From: Nanobdellota archaeon
GTDB taxonomy: Archaea; Nanobdellota; Nanobdellia; Woesearchaeales; JACJVW01
Direction of reading: 5' to 3'
DNA length: 47,238 nt
Assembly: GCA_051819765.1 (NCBI GenBank)
Contig: JBNJGT010000003.1
Location: 1 to 47,238, forward strand
How positions within the stretch are numbered: position 1 is the stretch's first letter; the number at the start of each line of letters is the position of its first letter. Positions 1-9,420 of the stretch are shown here, one piece after another. The notes under the pieces were generated by a model, which was not told the origin of the DNA, searched no databases, and was given only the letters and a program-made list of their open reading frames with translations. Made by a program: the position numbers and the translations under genes.

Positions 1-135
1 TAAGCGATATCCACATTAAGGTTATCATACAACTGCAGCATATCCGACCCCTTTTTTATAAATGTGGCAGACAACATATAAAAAACTATTGCTTCCAATC
101 ACATTGTTTATATACAAGTACTCCCACACAGATAC

Positions 136-468
136 ATGCGACCATTCAAATGCACCCGTTGCGGTTTTTGCTGCCAACTCGATGTCACTGTGACAAAAGA
201 AGACATAAGCCTCATAGAGAGAACTGGGAAAGCTGATTTTTTTGAGGTGAAAAACGGCCTGGTCCTCCTGAAGAAACATGGTCCCTACTGCACATTCTAC
301 AATGACGGCTGTACGATCTATGATCTGCGGCCCTCGGTATGCCGACGATTCCCCCACGAAAAACAAGGGATTGTAAGCGAACGATGCACCACACGAAAGG
401 ATTTTGCCAGCCGGTGCGAACGACGACGCATCGAGTTCCTTATCGCTCATGAGTCCCAAACTTTATAA
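136..468 (+). CDS. YkgJ-family (CxxCxxCC) zinc/iron-chelating cysteine-cluster protein
   Basis: CTRCGFCC at N-terminus, then CTFY..GCTIYDLRPSVCRRFP; TTTATATA at 107-114, 29 nt upstream of ATG. Confidence 0.9.
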   Translation: MRPFKCTRCGFCCQLDVTVTKEDISLIERTGKADFFEVKNGLVLLKKHGPYCTFYNDGCTIYDLRPSVCRRFPHEKQGIVSERCTTRKDFASRCERRRIEFLIAHESQTL

Positions 469-491
469 ACAAGCATTCCCCTGATACACTA

Positions 492-2990
492 ATGCCCAAA
501 TCCTCTGTCGGATTAAAAAAGAGTCTCAGTTTCAAGACAATCATCTTCCTTACTGTCAACTCTATCATGGGAACAGGCATTTTCTTTCTTCCCGCAGTTG
601 GTGCAAAAGCGATGGGGACCTCCTCCATCATCGCCTGGGTCGTCCTATCCTTGATCTCAATCTATATCGCAACCCTGTTTGCCGAATTATGCTCCATGTT
701 CCCCAAAGCAGGTGGCATATACGAATTCGCAAAACAGGTCTACCCCAGGTCAATCTCATTCCTGATCGGATGGAGCGCCCTGCTTGCATCGAACATAACA
801 ATCGCCATGCTGACGATCGGCGCCATCCAATATCTTCTGCCATTCGAGATCCTGTACGTGAAAGAACTGGTCTCCATATTCTTCATAATCCTGTTCAACT
901 ATATCTCCTTCAAAGGAATCAAGACATCATCGACGATGCTTGTGACTTTTGCCTTCATCACCCTCGGGACCCTCAGCCTCATCATCATACCCAACTTCCT
1001 GAACCTGAATCCGGCAAACCTCACACCCACACCCTGGAATCTCTCAATCCTCCTGGTGACCATCTTCCTGATCGCTGAAACATTCTTCGGCTGGGAATCC
1101 CCCCTCTTCCTTGCAGAAGAGACCAAAAACGGACACATCATCGTCCCCAGAGCGCTTGTCATCGGCACTGTGTTCATCACCCTCATTTCCTTATTGCTTG
1201 TCATAAGCGCGCTTGGTTCTCTGGATCATCAGGTATTCGCAGCAGCAAAGGCTCCCTTGCTTGCCCTTGCTCAAAACAATTACGGCAGCCAGGCAATACC
1301 CATATTCACGATTCTCATCTATGTATCCCTTATCGGATCTGTTGCAGGATGGATCACCACCTCACCAAGGCTCATCCTTTCCCTTGCCCAGGATAAACTG
1401 TTCCCAAAAAGATTTGCAGAGATCCACCCGAAAAATGCAACACCCCACAAAGCCATACTATTCCAGGCCACGGTCTCTGTTGCGCTGGTGTTTATAGGTT
1501 CCGGCAATTACCACGCGCTTCTGGAGATGCTCCTTCCGCTTCTCCTATTGCTCTATTCAACAGTCATCATCACAGTAGCTATCCTTCGTATCAAAAGACC
1601 AGACATAAAACGCTATTTCCACGCCCCTTTTCCCCGCACCGGGCCGTTCGCGGTCATCATCTTCTTCGGAGTATTGTTCTACTTTTGGCTTACCCATTCC
1701 GACAATGCCATCCAATCCATCCAGCTTGCAGCTACCTTTATCGTGGTAGGTATCCCGGTCTATGGACTCATGCAGTTGCAATACGACCACCGCACTGTAA
1801 ACAAACTCAATAACCTGCTTGCTTACCTCACCCTTATGTTTGAAAGCATCGTTGTTCCCCGGTCAATCCGAAGCCAAATCACCCATCTGCTCGGAAACGT
1901 CAAGGGAAAGACAGTATTCGAATTCGGATGCTCAGTCGGGTCTCTTACCAAGCACCTCGCTGAAGAGGTCGGACCTGAAGGCAGGATATTTGCAACAGAC
2001 ATCTCCACAAAAAGCATAGACATCACCACCCGCAGGATGCAGCGCAATGGACATACCCATGTGAAAGCCCTCCAGGACCACCGCCACAGCCAAAGAGTCC
2101 ATCCCGAGATTCCCCATGTCGACAAGATCGTCTCAATCTCAGTCCTGGACAGTGTAGAGAAGCTTGACGATATCCTTTTTGACATGAACAATCGTATGGA
2201 GAAAGGAGGACGTATCTGCTTCGTGGAATACGATCGGTTCTTCTACATCTTCTCAAATCTTGAATGGATCAGCAGCGATACCATGATCAAGCACATATTC
2301 CGCCGCAACGGGTTTCTCGTGGGAGTCCAACGGCAGAAATCAATCCTGTGGGAGGTCATCTTCATCTATGGAAAGAAGATAAAGGATGTCGACAAACCCG
2401 AAGAATACCAACAGATTGACACTGCTCTCATCGCAAAAAAAGAACCAATCAGGCTCCACTCAATCATGAAAACCTACCTTATGTCCCATGAACACGAGAT
2501 TCTCAAACGTGAGATTGGAGTCGGATTCTACCACCACCCAAAGATCAGTGTGTATGCAAACCCTGAGTATTTCCAGAAAGTGCTCACCATCCTCACAGAA
2601 GTGAGCCTCTACAGCTGCCCAGACGGTGGTATCATCATCATCACCGCAAAAGAAGATGCCTCAGGCATTCACCTCCAGGTGCTCTCTCAGATACGTCGCA
2701 AAGTCCTCGTCCTCTTCCTTGATCCCTCAAAAGAGACCCTTGACGAAGAGACCCACACCTATAAGAAACATAGAAGCGATTTGGAGTACCTGGAAGCAAT
2801 AATCACTGCCATGGGCGGCACGCTTCTGATTGACCAGATTTGGGAAAAGCATGACCCAGTCAAGCTCAAGGAACTTGAAGTATTCATCCTGGGCATATAC
2901 GAAGAAAGCGTCATCCAGGAAGGACAAGACTATCTCAATATCGATATCCACTTGCCCCACCATGGAGGGAGTGATACTACTGGCAGGTAA
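492..2990 (+). CDS. APC-family amino acid permease fused to a class I SAM-methyltransferase-like domain and a degenerate HATPase-like C-terminal domain
   Basis: IMGTGIFFLP, AELCSMFPKAGGIYEF, FFGWE and about 12 hydrophobic segments in aa 1-430; VFEFGCSVGSLT..GPEGRIFATDIS at about aa 475-505; VYANPEYFQKVLTIL..DGGIIII..MGGTL in the C-terminal part. Confidence 0.85.
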   Translation: MPKSSVGLKKSLSFKTIIFLTVNSIMGTGIFFLPAVGAKAMGTSSIIAWVVLSLISIYIATLFAELCSMFPKAGGIYEFAKQVYPRSISFLIGWSALLASNITIAMLTIGAIQYLLPFEILYVKELVSIFFIILFNYISFKGIKTSSTMLVTFAFITLGTLSLIIIPNFLNLNPANLTPTPWNLSILLVTIFLIAETFFGWESPLFLAEETKNGHIIVPRALVIGTVFITLISLLLVISALGSLDHQVFAAAKAPLLALAQNNYGSQAIPIFTILIYVSLIGSVAGWITTSPRLILSLAQDKLFPKRFAEIHPKNATPHKAILFQATVSVALVFIGSGNYHALLEMLLPLLLLLYSTVIITVAILRIKRPDIKRYFHAPFPRTGPFAVIIFFGVLFYFWLTHSDNAIQSIQLAATFIVVGIPVYGLMQLQYDHRTVNKLNNLLAYLTLMFESIVVPRSIRSQITHLLGNVKGKTVFEFGCSVGSLTKHLAEEVGPEGRIFATDISTKSIDITTRRMQRNGHTHVKALQDHRHSQRVHPEIPHVDKIVSISVLDSVEKLDDILFDMNNRMEKGGRICFVEYDRFFYIFSNLEWISSDTMIKHIFRRNGFLVGVQRQKSILWEVIFIYGKKIKDVDKPEEYQQIDTALIAKKEPIRLHSIMKTYLMSHEHEILKREIGVGFYHHPKISVYANPEYFQKVLTILTEVSLYSCPDGGIIIITAKEDASGIHLQVLSQIRRKVLVLFLDPSKETLDEETHTYKKHRSDLEYLEAIITAMGGTLLIDQIWEKHDPVKLKELEVFILGIYEESVIQEGQDYLNIDIHLPHHGGSDTTGR

Positions 2991-3023
2991 TATTTATAAA
3001 CCAATTTCCATTCTTGTGCCCAG

Positions 3024-4292
3024 ATGAAACGGCGCACTTTTTTGAAAGCCCTGGCATGCGCAGGTGCAAGTCTTAGCTCAGGTCTTACCCCGGGTCTGGC
3101 CCAGGCTAGATCCTACGATGATATGCTTAAGCATCTCCTCCGGAAGGGAGAGCTATCTGACCAACAGGCCCGCTTCCTTGTAGACGAGGACAAACATGGC
3201 AACAAACGAAACCTCTGGTATGTTCCCTCACAGGTCAGGGACAAATCCCTGGAGCAAATCGCCCGGAATCCATCCAATTTTCACCGGGTCTCGGATGACA
3301 CCATGGTCCAGGGCATCTGGTGCTACCCGGGTTTCCAGAAAGGACAAAGCTTTTTCAAAAATCCCGACGTCATCGGCAGGCGAATCACCGATGGCATGTA
3401 TGCCGCAAACTTTGAGACACTCAAGCTGCTGGATGAGTTCAACGTGAACACAGTCTACATCTCCGCTCTCCACCACTTCAATGCCCTGGACGCCTGGGGC
3501 GCCCGTGATGACCGGCGAAAGCACTGGGCAGATTACCAAAACTTCACCCACATCCTGGAGACCTTTGCCCTTGCCGCAAACGACCCAGAGCTCATCAATC
3601 ACCCTGATCCCCGCTACCGGATACAACCAAAAGAGATCGCCATCCTCGGCTATGAAGATACCGTGTTCCTCGACTGGGACAAGAACCGCCTCCAAAAGGA
3701 TTTCTCCCAGCTCATACGAAACACTGCCCATATCGCCCGCAACTACCAGATTGATGTTGAACCCCATGCCATGGACCTGAAGGGTAACTACTTCCGGAAT
3801 AATCCCAGCAACAGAGAATTGCTCATGGAAAAATATCTTGACCTGTGCCAGACCATGTATGAGACCGCTGAGAATTTCAACCAAGAGAACAATACTGATG
3901 TCCGCTTCATTCCCGCAGTGCCCTACATCAGGCCACCAAATGTTCCCAGGAACGAAAGCATGGACTACCACGAGATTCTCAGGGAATGCGGCCATGAGGG
4001 GCTTGATGCGATCCCCTGCCATGAGCTTATCCTCATGAGCTATTCACCAACCCCTGAATCGCTCTACCACATGTGTAGACAGGATCCCGAGTTCCCCAAT
4101 ATCCAGACCCCCTTCACCCTGGCAAGCTCAAACTTTCCCAATGTATGGGACCCATACTTCAGGACAGCAGACGAACATAAGGAGATGCCCCATCAGATCA
4201 GAAAGATACAGGAGATCAACCCCAACTGCAAAGGGTACCAGATATTCTGCAATCTTTCACTGATGAATGAGAATCTACCAATAAAAAGGTGA
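3024..4292 (+). CDS. Twin-arginine signal exported protein, putative glycoside-hydrolase-like TIM barrel
   Basis: MKRRTFLKALACAGA..AQA signal; strand-like motifs GIWCY, VNTVYIS, YQIDVEPH, LILMSY; TTTATAAA at 2993-3000. Fold is inferred. Confidence 0.6.
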   Translation: MKRRTFLKALACAGASLSSGLTPGLAQARSYDDMLKHLLRKGELSDQQARFLVDEDKHGNKRNLWYVPSQVRDKSLEQIARNPSNFHRVSDDTMVQGIWCYPGFQKGQSFFKNPDVIGRRITDGMYAANFETLKLLDEFNVNTVYISALHHFNALDAWGARDDRRKHWADYQNFTHILETFALAANDPELINHPDPRYRIQPKEIAILGYEDTVFLDWDKNRLQKDFSQLIRNTAHIARNYQIDVEPHAMDLKGNYFRNNPSNRELLMEKYLDLCQTMYETAENFNQENNTDVRFIPAVPYIRPPNVPRNESMDYHEILRECGHEGLDAIPCHELILMSYSPTPESLYHMCRQDPEFPNIQTPFTLASSNFPNVWDPYFRTADEHKEMPHQIRKIQEINPNCKGYQIFCNLSLMNENLPIKR

Positions 4293-4296
4293 TAGA

Positions 4297-5013
4297 ATGA
4301 ACAAACTATATGTAGGATTAGCAGTTGCGGCACTTGCGGTTAGCGCAGGCGCATACGTCGCAGGTCAACACTCTGCAAACAATGAGATTGACACGCACAA
4401 AGTGCAGGAAAGCCAGCTTGAGCACATAGCACAGCAAGAAAAACCAAAAGTGATAGAACAAGAGGCCCAATCAGGATTCGTGGACCCTGACAACTACACT
4501 GGTACCATCGCAGACCAAGGTATTGAGATACACATCGGAGAGATTCCCGTGGACCGCTCTAGCTATCAACAGTTCGCAAAACTCATCCCTGTCACGATCA
4601 GGGTTCCCCAGGAGATGGAAGAACCTGGTCAGGAACGCTTCATCACCTATAGCCATAGCGAAGATGCTCACTATTTCATCCCAAACACCGGCAAGACGGT
4701 CACAGGAGAAATCAATCCTGAGGACGGAAATGTCTGGTACCAGACCACCCTCGACGCTGACGGCATGAAACTGCGGGCAGGACCGGGCGTTTCAAAAACC
4801 ACGACAGTTCCTGGACATTGCGGCGAACTGAACATCGTGTCTGTCCCAGGAGAGATGGCTGACATGCTGCCAAATAATATCAGCCTCCACGGTCTTGAAA
4901 GCTTTCAGGATATGTACTCAACCAAAGAGGTGCAAGCCCTGGTCAGCCCAGACCCTGTACAGATCTGCACCGGCGACAGCAAGTTTGAGCTACAGCTCAA
5001 ATACCCAAAATAA
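4297..5013 (+). CDS. Hypothetical exported or membrane-anchored protein
   Basis: N-terminal hydrophobic LYVGLAVAALAVSAGAYVA; AGGTGA SD overlapping the upstream stop; 4-nt gap suggests co-transcription. Confidence 0.75.
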   Translation: MNKLYVGLAVAALAVSAGAYVAGQHSANNEIDTHKVQESQLEHIAQQEKPKVIEQEAQSGFVDPDNYTGTIADQGIEIHIGEIPVDRSSYQQFAKLIPVTIRVPQEMEEPGQERFITYSHSEDAHYFIPNTGKTVTGEINPEDGNVWYQTTLDADGMKLRAGPGVSKTTTVPGHCGELNIVSVPGEMADMLPNNISLHGLESFQDMYSTKEVQALVSPDPVQICTGDSKFELQLKYPK

Positions 5014-5040
5014 CTTTTCTTTTTTTGTATGTCATTTTTT
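5014..5040 (+). terminator. Oligo-T tract, archaeal-type terminator candidate
   Basis: cttttcttttttt..ttttt immediately after the stop, between convergent genes. Confidence 0.45.
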
Positions 5041-5140
5041 ATATTGTTAGTTTATATCAGAAATCGGATATTACACAGAAATGATTAGTGTCAAAACAAA
5101 TCGTAAAATTTCTCAAAAAAAACATGGAAAAAAACATTAA

Positions 5141-6784
5141 CTACAACATACCTGGGATGTGAGGCACAAAGACTTCATTATACACATCTTTCTTTTTGTA
5201 CCCTGCCTCAAGATCAATCCCCAGTCTTTGCGCAGCGTCCAAGATTGCGACAGTTAGCGTGCCACTCTCCAGATAGCTTGGCAAATTTTTTAGGCCGGTA
5301 TACCCTTTTATGTCCGCATCAATAGCCGGTTTGCGATCCATTGCAGCAAGCATCAGCTCCTCGACTGCATTATCATAAATCTTTAGACGAGAACCCCGTT
5401 CTATCATAATACCCGTATCACCGACCTCATAAGTCTCCTTTATCATATCATCCTTATAAGGGGAATTCCTGGAATACCAGGAACCCTCAAATACCTCGAC
5501 AAAGGGATATGCGGCAATGGATGCTCCAGTCTCCCAATAGATCATAAAAGCCTGCAGATTGTCTCGAATCCCTGCAATATCGATATGCGGTGTACCCAGA
5601 ATGACATTTATCCAGGGTTCCAGTTCAGCTTCCAATGTCGCATCAAGTGTGTCAACAATCGTATCTACTGAAACCTTCTTATTGAGACTTTTTAGTCCTG
5701 TATCAGAAAAGCTCTCAACACCATACGCAATTGATGCAAAACCGCCCGCATGCAGAATATCCAAAAGATTCACATCCTCAAATTTCTTCTTACGCAATTC
5801 TTCAGGTAGTCGATGCGAGTACAATTCTTCCTGGGATATAAGAGAGGACAAATCAGGCGGGATATTATCAACCCGTGTTGCAGCAAGCATCGAGACATCC
5901 AGATCACGGTCCATAAACTTCAGAGAAAGTCCAGCCCCTCTCCGTTGCAACGGTTTGCCGAGCAAAAAATTATCTCCATTAAAATAGATCGTATCAATAG
6001 GTGGCAACTCTCCCACAACCCTATCAATCAATTCCACCAGATCATCTGATGGCAGATAATGAACTTTAGGTGTGCGGCCCGTAAACTCCTCATAGAAATT
6101 TGTTGACACACAAAAGGAACATTTTCCCAGGCAAGCGTTCACATCAACCAGCGAGACAATGACTTTACCAATTGCATCCCTATATTCTTCATAAGGGATT
6201 CTGTCATATTCGATTCCCATTCGAGCACGTCTAAAATCATCCTTATCCAATTGAGTGCCATATCCGGTCCAGTGATAAGAGCCATCTCCATTCATGAGAT
6301 ACAAAGACGGGATATTTTGAACAGCCTCCATAAGCCGCTTACCGGTCAACCTTCCCTCACGCTGTTTGACTGTATCAGCCTTATGCATAATCGCAGATAG
6401 TACATGCTCGCCCTCACCCATAACACCAATCTCAGCACGTGAACCCTGTGCCACGGGCTTCCTGTTGAACGTAGCTTCTTGGCCTCCAAAAAGAATAGGT
6501 ATCTCTGGATGCCTTCTCTTAATTTGATGGCTTAAGAAAAGGTCATGGGGGATAGTAGCGTGAAGTGAAGAGATACCGACCATATCATACTTTTTCCGAT
6601 CAAGCTCCCGCAAGACATATTCATCCGCAGAAATATTGTCCTTGAATCCGCCCAGATTGCCATCTATGACATCCGCTTCATGACCCTCTGAGCGCACCCA
6701 TGAAGCAAGACTATGCAACCCTAGTGAGGGACCATATCGTTCTCCATCCTTATCTATCCCTTGAATCAAAGCTATCTTACTCAT
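5141..6784 (-). CDS. Cobalamin-binding radical SAM protein
   Basis: N-terminal B12-binding domain (PSLGLHSLAS, DMVGIS, FGGQEAT, GEGE); CLGKCSFC = CxxxCxxC; YGVESFS..LKSLNK. Confidence 0.92.
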   Translation of the reverse strand: MSKIALIQGIDKDGERYGPSLGLHSLASWVRSEGHEADVIDGNLGGFKDNISADEYVLRELDRKKYDMVGISSLHATIPHDLFLSHQIKRRHPEIPILFGGQEATFNRKPVAQGSRAEIGVMGEGEHVLSAIMHKADTVKQREGRLTGKRLMEAVQNIPSLYLMNGDGSYHWTGYGTQLDKDDFRRARMGIEYDRIPYEEYRDAIGKVIVSLVDVNACLGKCSFCVSTNFYEEFTGRTPKVHYLPSDDLVELIDRVVGELPPIDTIYFNGDNFLLGKPLQRRGAGLSLKFMDRDLDVSMLAATRVDNIPPDLSSLISQEELYSHRLPEELRKKKFEDVNLLDILHAGGFASIAYGVESFSDTGLKSLNKKVSVDTIVDTLDATLEAELEPWINVILGTPHIDIAGIRDNLQAFMIYWETGASIAAYPFVEVFEGSWYSRNSPYKDDMIKETYEVGDTGIMIERGSRLKIYDNAVEELMLAAMDRKPAIDADIKGYTGLKNLPSYLESGTLTVAILDAAQRLGIDLEAGYKKKDVYNEVFVPHIPGML

Positions 6785-7458
6785 AACGCATCACGTAACA
6801 TATATGGGTCACCATATCCCATCTCTATCCAGTTCTCAATAAAATCCTGGTTAAATCCATGGAGCTGACAAAGCATTTCAGCTTTGATTGATTCTCCCTC
6901 ATATGCATCAAACCAGTCACTCAACACAGTAGTAGGCACAAGTTCCGATGCACTCATCAGATAATTCCGCAGGTCCCTTGCAGCATTTGAAATGAATGAA
7001 ATATTATCTGGAGCTTTGGTACCAAAATCAAACCACCTGATTGATTCACCAACCAATACATTACCACTGTGAGCATCACCATGATACTCCCCTAAACGAT
7101 GCAGCCTGTTTAATGCCAAAAAACCTGCGTAGAGAGTATCCTCAGTTTCCGGAACTTCGCCATCATAGGCTTTAGTGACCACGACTCCAGTCATATCCGT
7201 ACGGACCGGTTCAACAACATCCAACTGCTTATCAAAAAGACGAATCAGTTTGTTCTGCTCAAAATCATGACGATCTTCCGCATCCATGGGTTCAGTACAC
7301 GCTCCAAAGCACAAATGCTCAAAGGGAGCCTGAGCCTCGAATCGACTTCCATATTTCACATACAAGCCATCAAGCACGTACACATTAGAGACAAACCCCA
7401 CATTACGGTTGGCCTGTTTCAATCTATCCTGCAACTCTTTCCCCGGAATAAAACCCAT
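6781..7458 (-). CDS. Protein-kinase-like fold phosphotransferase (Kdo/Bud32/APH-like)
   Basis: LHRLGEYHGDAHSGNVLV..WFDFG catalytic loop and DFG; ATGA overlap with the radical SAM gene; ATG 7458 is 30 nt from a minus-strand TTTATATA (7488-7481). Confidence 0.8.
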   Translation of the reverse strand: MGFIPGKELQDRLKQANRNVGFVSNVYVLDGLYVKYGSRFEAQAPFEHLCFGACTEPMDAEDRHDFEQNKLIRLFDKQLDVVEPVRTDMTGVVVTKAYDGEVPETEDTLYAGFLALNRLHRLGEYHGDAHSGNVLVGESIRWFDFGTKAPDNISFISNAARDLRNYLMSASELVPTTVLSDWFDAYEGESIKAEMLCQLHGFNQDFIENWIEMGYGDPYMLRDAL

Positions 7459-7571
7459 AACCACTAGGAAGTAGAGGCAATATATAAATATTTGGAACTG
7501 TCCCGGAAAAATATTACTTGATAGTAGTTAAAAACAAAAAGAATAAAAAGCAAAAAGCAACCCTCTCAAAC

Positions 7572-8369
7572 ATGCACTTCTCAGTCTTCGATAAAGAACA
7601 GATTCCCCTCTTTGAAAGAATAGCCAAATGGGCAAAGAAAGAATTCAGAGCGGAGCCAGAAGCCATTATCTATCGGGGATCCAGAACATGTACACAGGAT
7701 AAAGACACAGATCTTGATGCATTGCTTATTTATTCAGACATAGAAAAACGTGATGAGCTCTATGAGGTTGGAGGATATCAGGTAGATATTAGTCTCATGT
7801 CTCCACAAGAGCTTCACAAGAGGATTACCAACATACATGATGACTCAATCGAGCGAACTTCCATGATGGCCCTATCTCACATTGTATGGGAAGGGGTAGT
7901 GGATACACACATAAACGCGATGTACCACACAATCATGAAAGATTTTCAAAGGTTCATATACGCTTCAATAAAAGATGATCCAGTGACATACGATTTGGAA
8001 GATGTACTCCTCTACCCTTTGATGCTGGATCTATACAGGTTGCCAACAATACAGGAACCTGCCCGACGCTTCTTAGAATCCCCGTATCTTGAAAGCAACC
8101 TGAAACAAAATGAAGATTCATTCAAGCGATACATCCAAGGACAGAGGTTCCAGCATGACTATGAGGATGACAACCAATTGCAACCAGTACCACCAATACG
8201 GCAATCTCCGCTCCGCAATTTCCCCCATGAATATTCGCTTGGCATGACACACCTGCCCAGAAACGAAGGAATCACCCAAACCGACCCATACAAAAAAATG
8301 CTTTCCCATTTTATGGAGACCAAAGACGGATACAAATTCATTCCCCGAGTAAAGGAGCTGTTAGAATGA
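7572..8369 (+). CDS. Pol-beta superfamily nucleotidyltransferase-domain protein
   Basis: IIYRGSR..DTDLDALLIY (hG[GS]..DxD) and a later YQVDIS acidic strand; first ATG at 7572 (ORF track starts at TTG 7518). Confidence 0.7.
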   Translation: MHFSVFDKEQIPLFERIAKWAKKEFRAEPEAIIYRGSRTCTQDKDTDLDALLIYSDIEKRDELYEVGGYQVDISLMSPQELHKRITNIHDDSIERTSMMALSHIVWEGVVDTHINAMYHTIMKDFQRFIYASIKDDPVTYDLEDVLLYPLMLDLYRLPTIQEPARRFLESPYLESNLKQNEDSFKRYIQGQRFQHDYEDDNQLQPVPPIRQSPLRNFPHEYSLGMTHLPRNEGITQTDPYKKMLSHFMETKDGYKFIPRVKELLE

Positions 8370-9388
8370 AAATAATCTCAATGTATGGAAAAAAACAGGG
8401 AACAGGTGGCATCGAAAGTCTTCTGAGCAATCAGAAAGGATTTGAGATACAGGACATCTGGACTAATGAGCCAGATCCTGAATCCGATGAGGCAGCAGAA
8501 GATATCTTCAACCAGTTTTATGCCGCATTACCAGCTGATCTTCTCCACATTCACTCACCCAATATTTATGCGGGGTATGTTGCAGCCATGGTTGCCAAGG
8601 AAGAAGGGATACCCTCCATCGCAACATTCCATTATGGCGGATACACCAATTGGCCGCATCTACAAGAAAGGGAAGAGATGATGCAGGATACATTCAATAT
8701 AGTAGATCATATAATATGCGTCAGCAAAGCCAGTCAAGAGGCCATAGAAAAGGAGAATTCATCCGTTATCTATAATGGGATAGAACCATCTCAGTTCTAC
8801 CCAATGGAAAAAAACAGGGACCAAGGGAATGATCTGAGAATCATCTATCCTGCAAAGATATGTCATAGCAAAGGCCAAAAGGATCTCGTCTATATTGGAC
8901 AAAAGCTTCTACAGGAAGGAGTTCCCTTTGAGATTAATCTTGTGGGAAAAAATGCAGACCCGCGGTATCGGTATGACTTGGAGACTGACATAAAAGAAAA
9001 AGAGCTTAGCGATTATATCCACATACACAAGCCGGTCCCATTAGACAAGATGAACGAATTGTACAACAAACACAATCTCCTAATCTTCCCCAGCAAAATG
9101 GAGGGATTAGGGTTGATATCACTTGAAGCACAAGCTGTTGGGATCCCGGTGGTACTGTATGATTCAGGTGGTATGAAAGAGACAATAATTGAGAATGAAA
9201 CAGGCTTCAGTGTAGAGTATAATGATACCTATGCTTTATTTGAGCGATCAATGCAACTTTACCATGATCCGAATCTCAGAAGAGAGATGGGGCGGAGAGG
9301 AATAATAAACGTCAAGGAAAACTTCACAATCGAACAAATGCTACACCAACAAAAGACTCTTTATGAAAGAATGATTAAAGGGCATTAA
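8366..9388 (+). CDS. Glycosyltransferase family 4 (GT-B)
   Basis: GGIE, HIICVSKA, VIYNGIE, KGQKDL, FPSKMEGLGLISLEAQAVGIPVV; ATGA overlap with the upstream gene. Confidence 0.93.
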   Translation: MKIISMYGKKQGTGGIESLLSNQKGFEIQDIWTNEPDPESDEAAEDIFNQFYAALPADLLHIHSPNIYAGYVAAMVAKEEGIPSIATFHYGGYTNWPHLQEREEMMQDTFNIVDHIICVSKASQEAIEKENSSVIYNGIEPSQFYPMEKNRDQGNDLRIIYPAKICHSKGQKDLVYIGQKLLQEGVPFEINLVGKNADPRYRYDLETDIKEKELSDYIHIHKPVPLDKMNELYNKHNLLIFPSKMEGLGLISLEAQAVGIPVVLYDSGGMKETIIENETGFSVEYNDTYALFERSMQLYHDPNLRREMGRRGIINVKENFTIEQMLHQQKTLYERMIKGH

Positions 9389-9420
9389 ATCAATTGCTCT
9401 ACAAACAACACAATCAAACC

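Noticed and set aside
1-28. Start of a minus-strand gene (MITLMWISL) leaving the window
   Set aside because: A TATA-like box is nearby, but nine codons are too few to support a call
3228-4022. Long antisense or alternate-frame ORFs (also 13315-14145, 22463-23020, 28725-29381, 35611-36321)
   Set aside because: Fully overlap well-supported genes and lack motifs; shadows of codon bias
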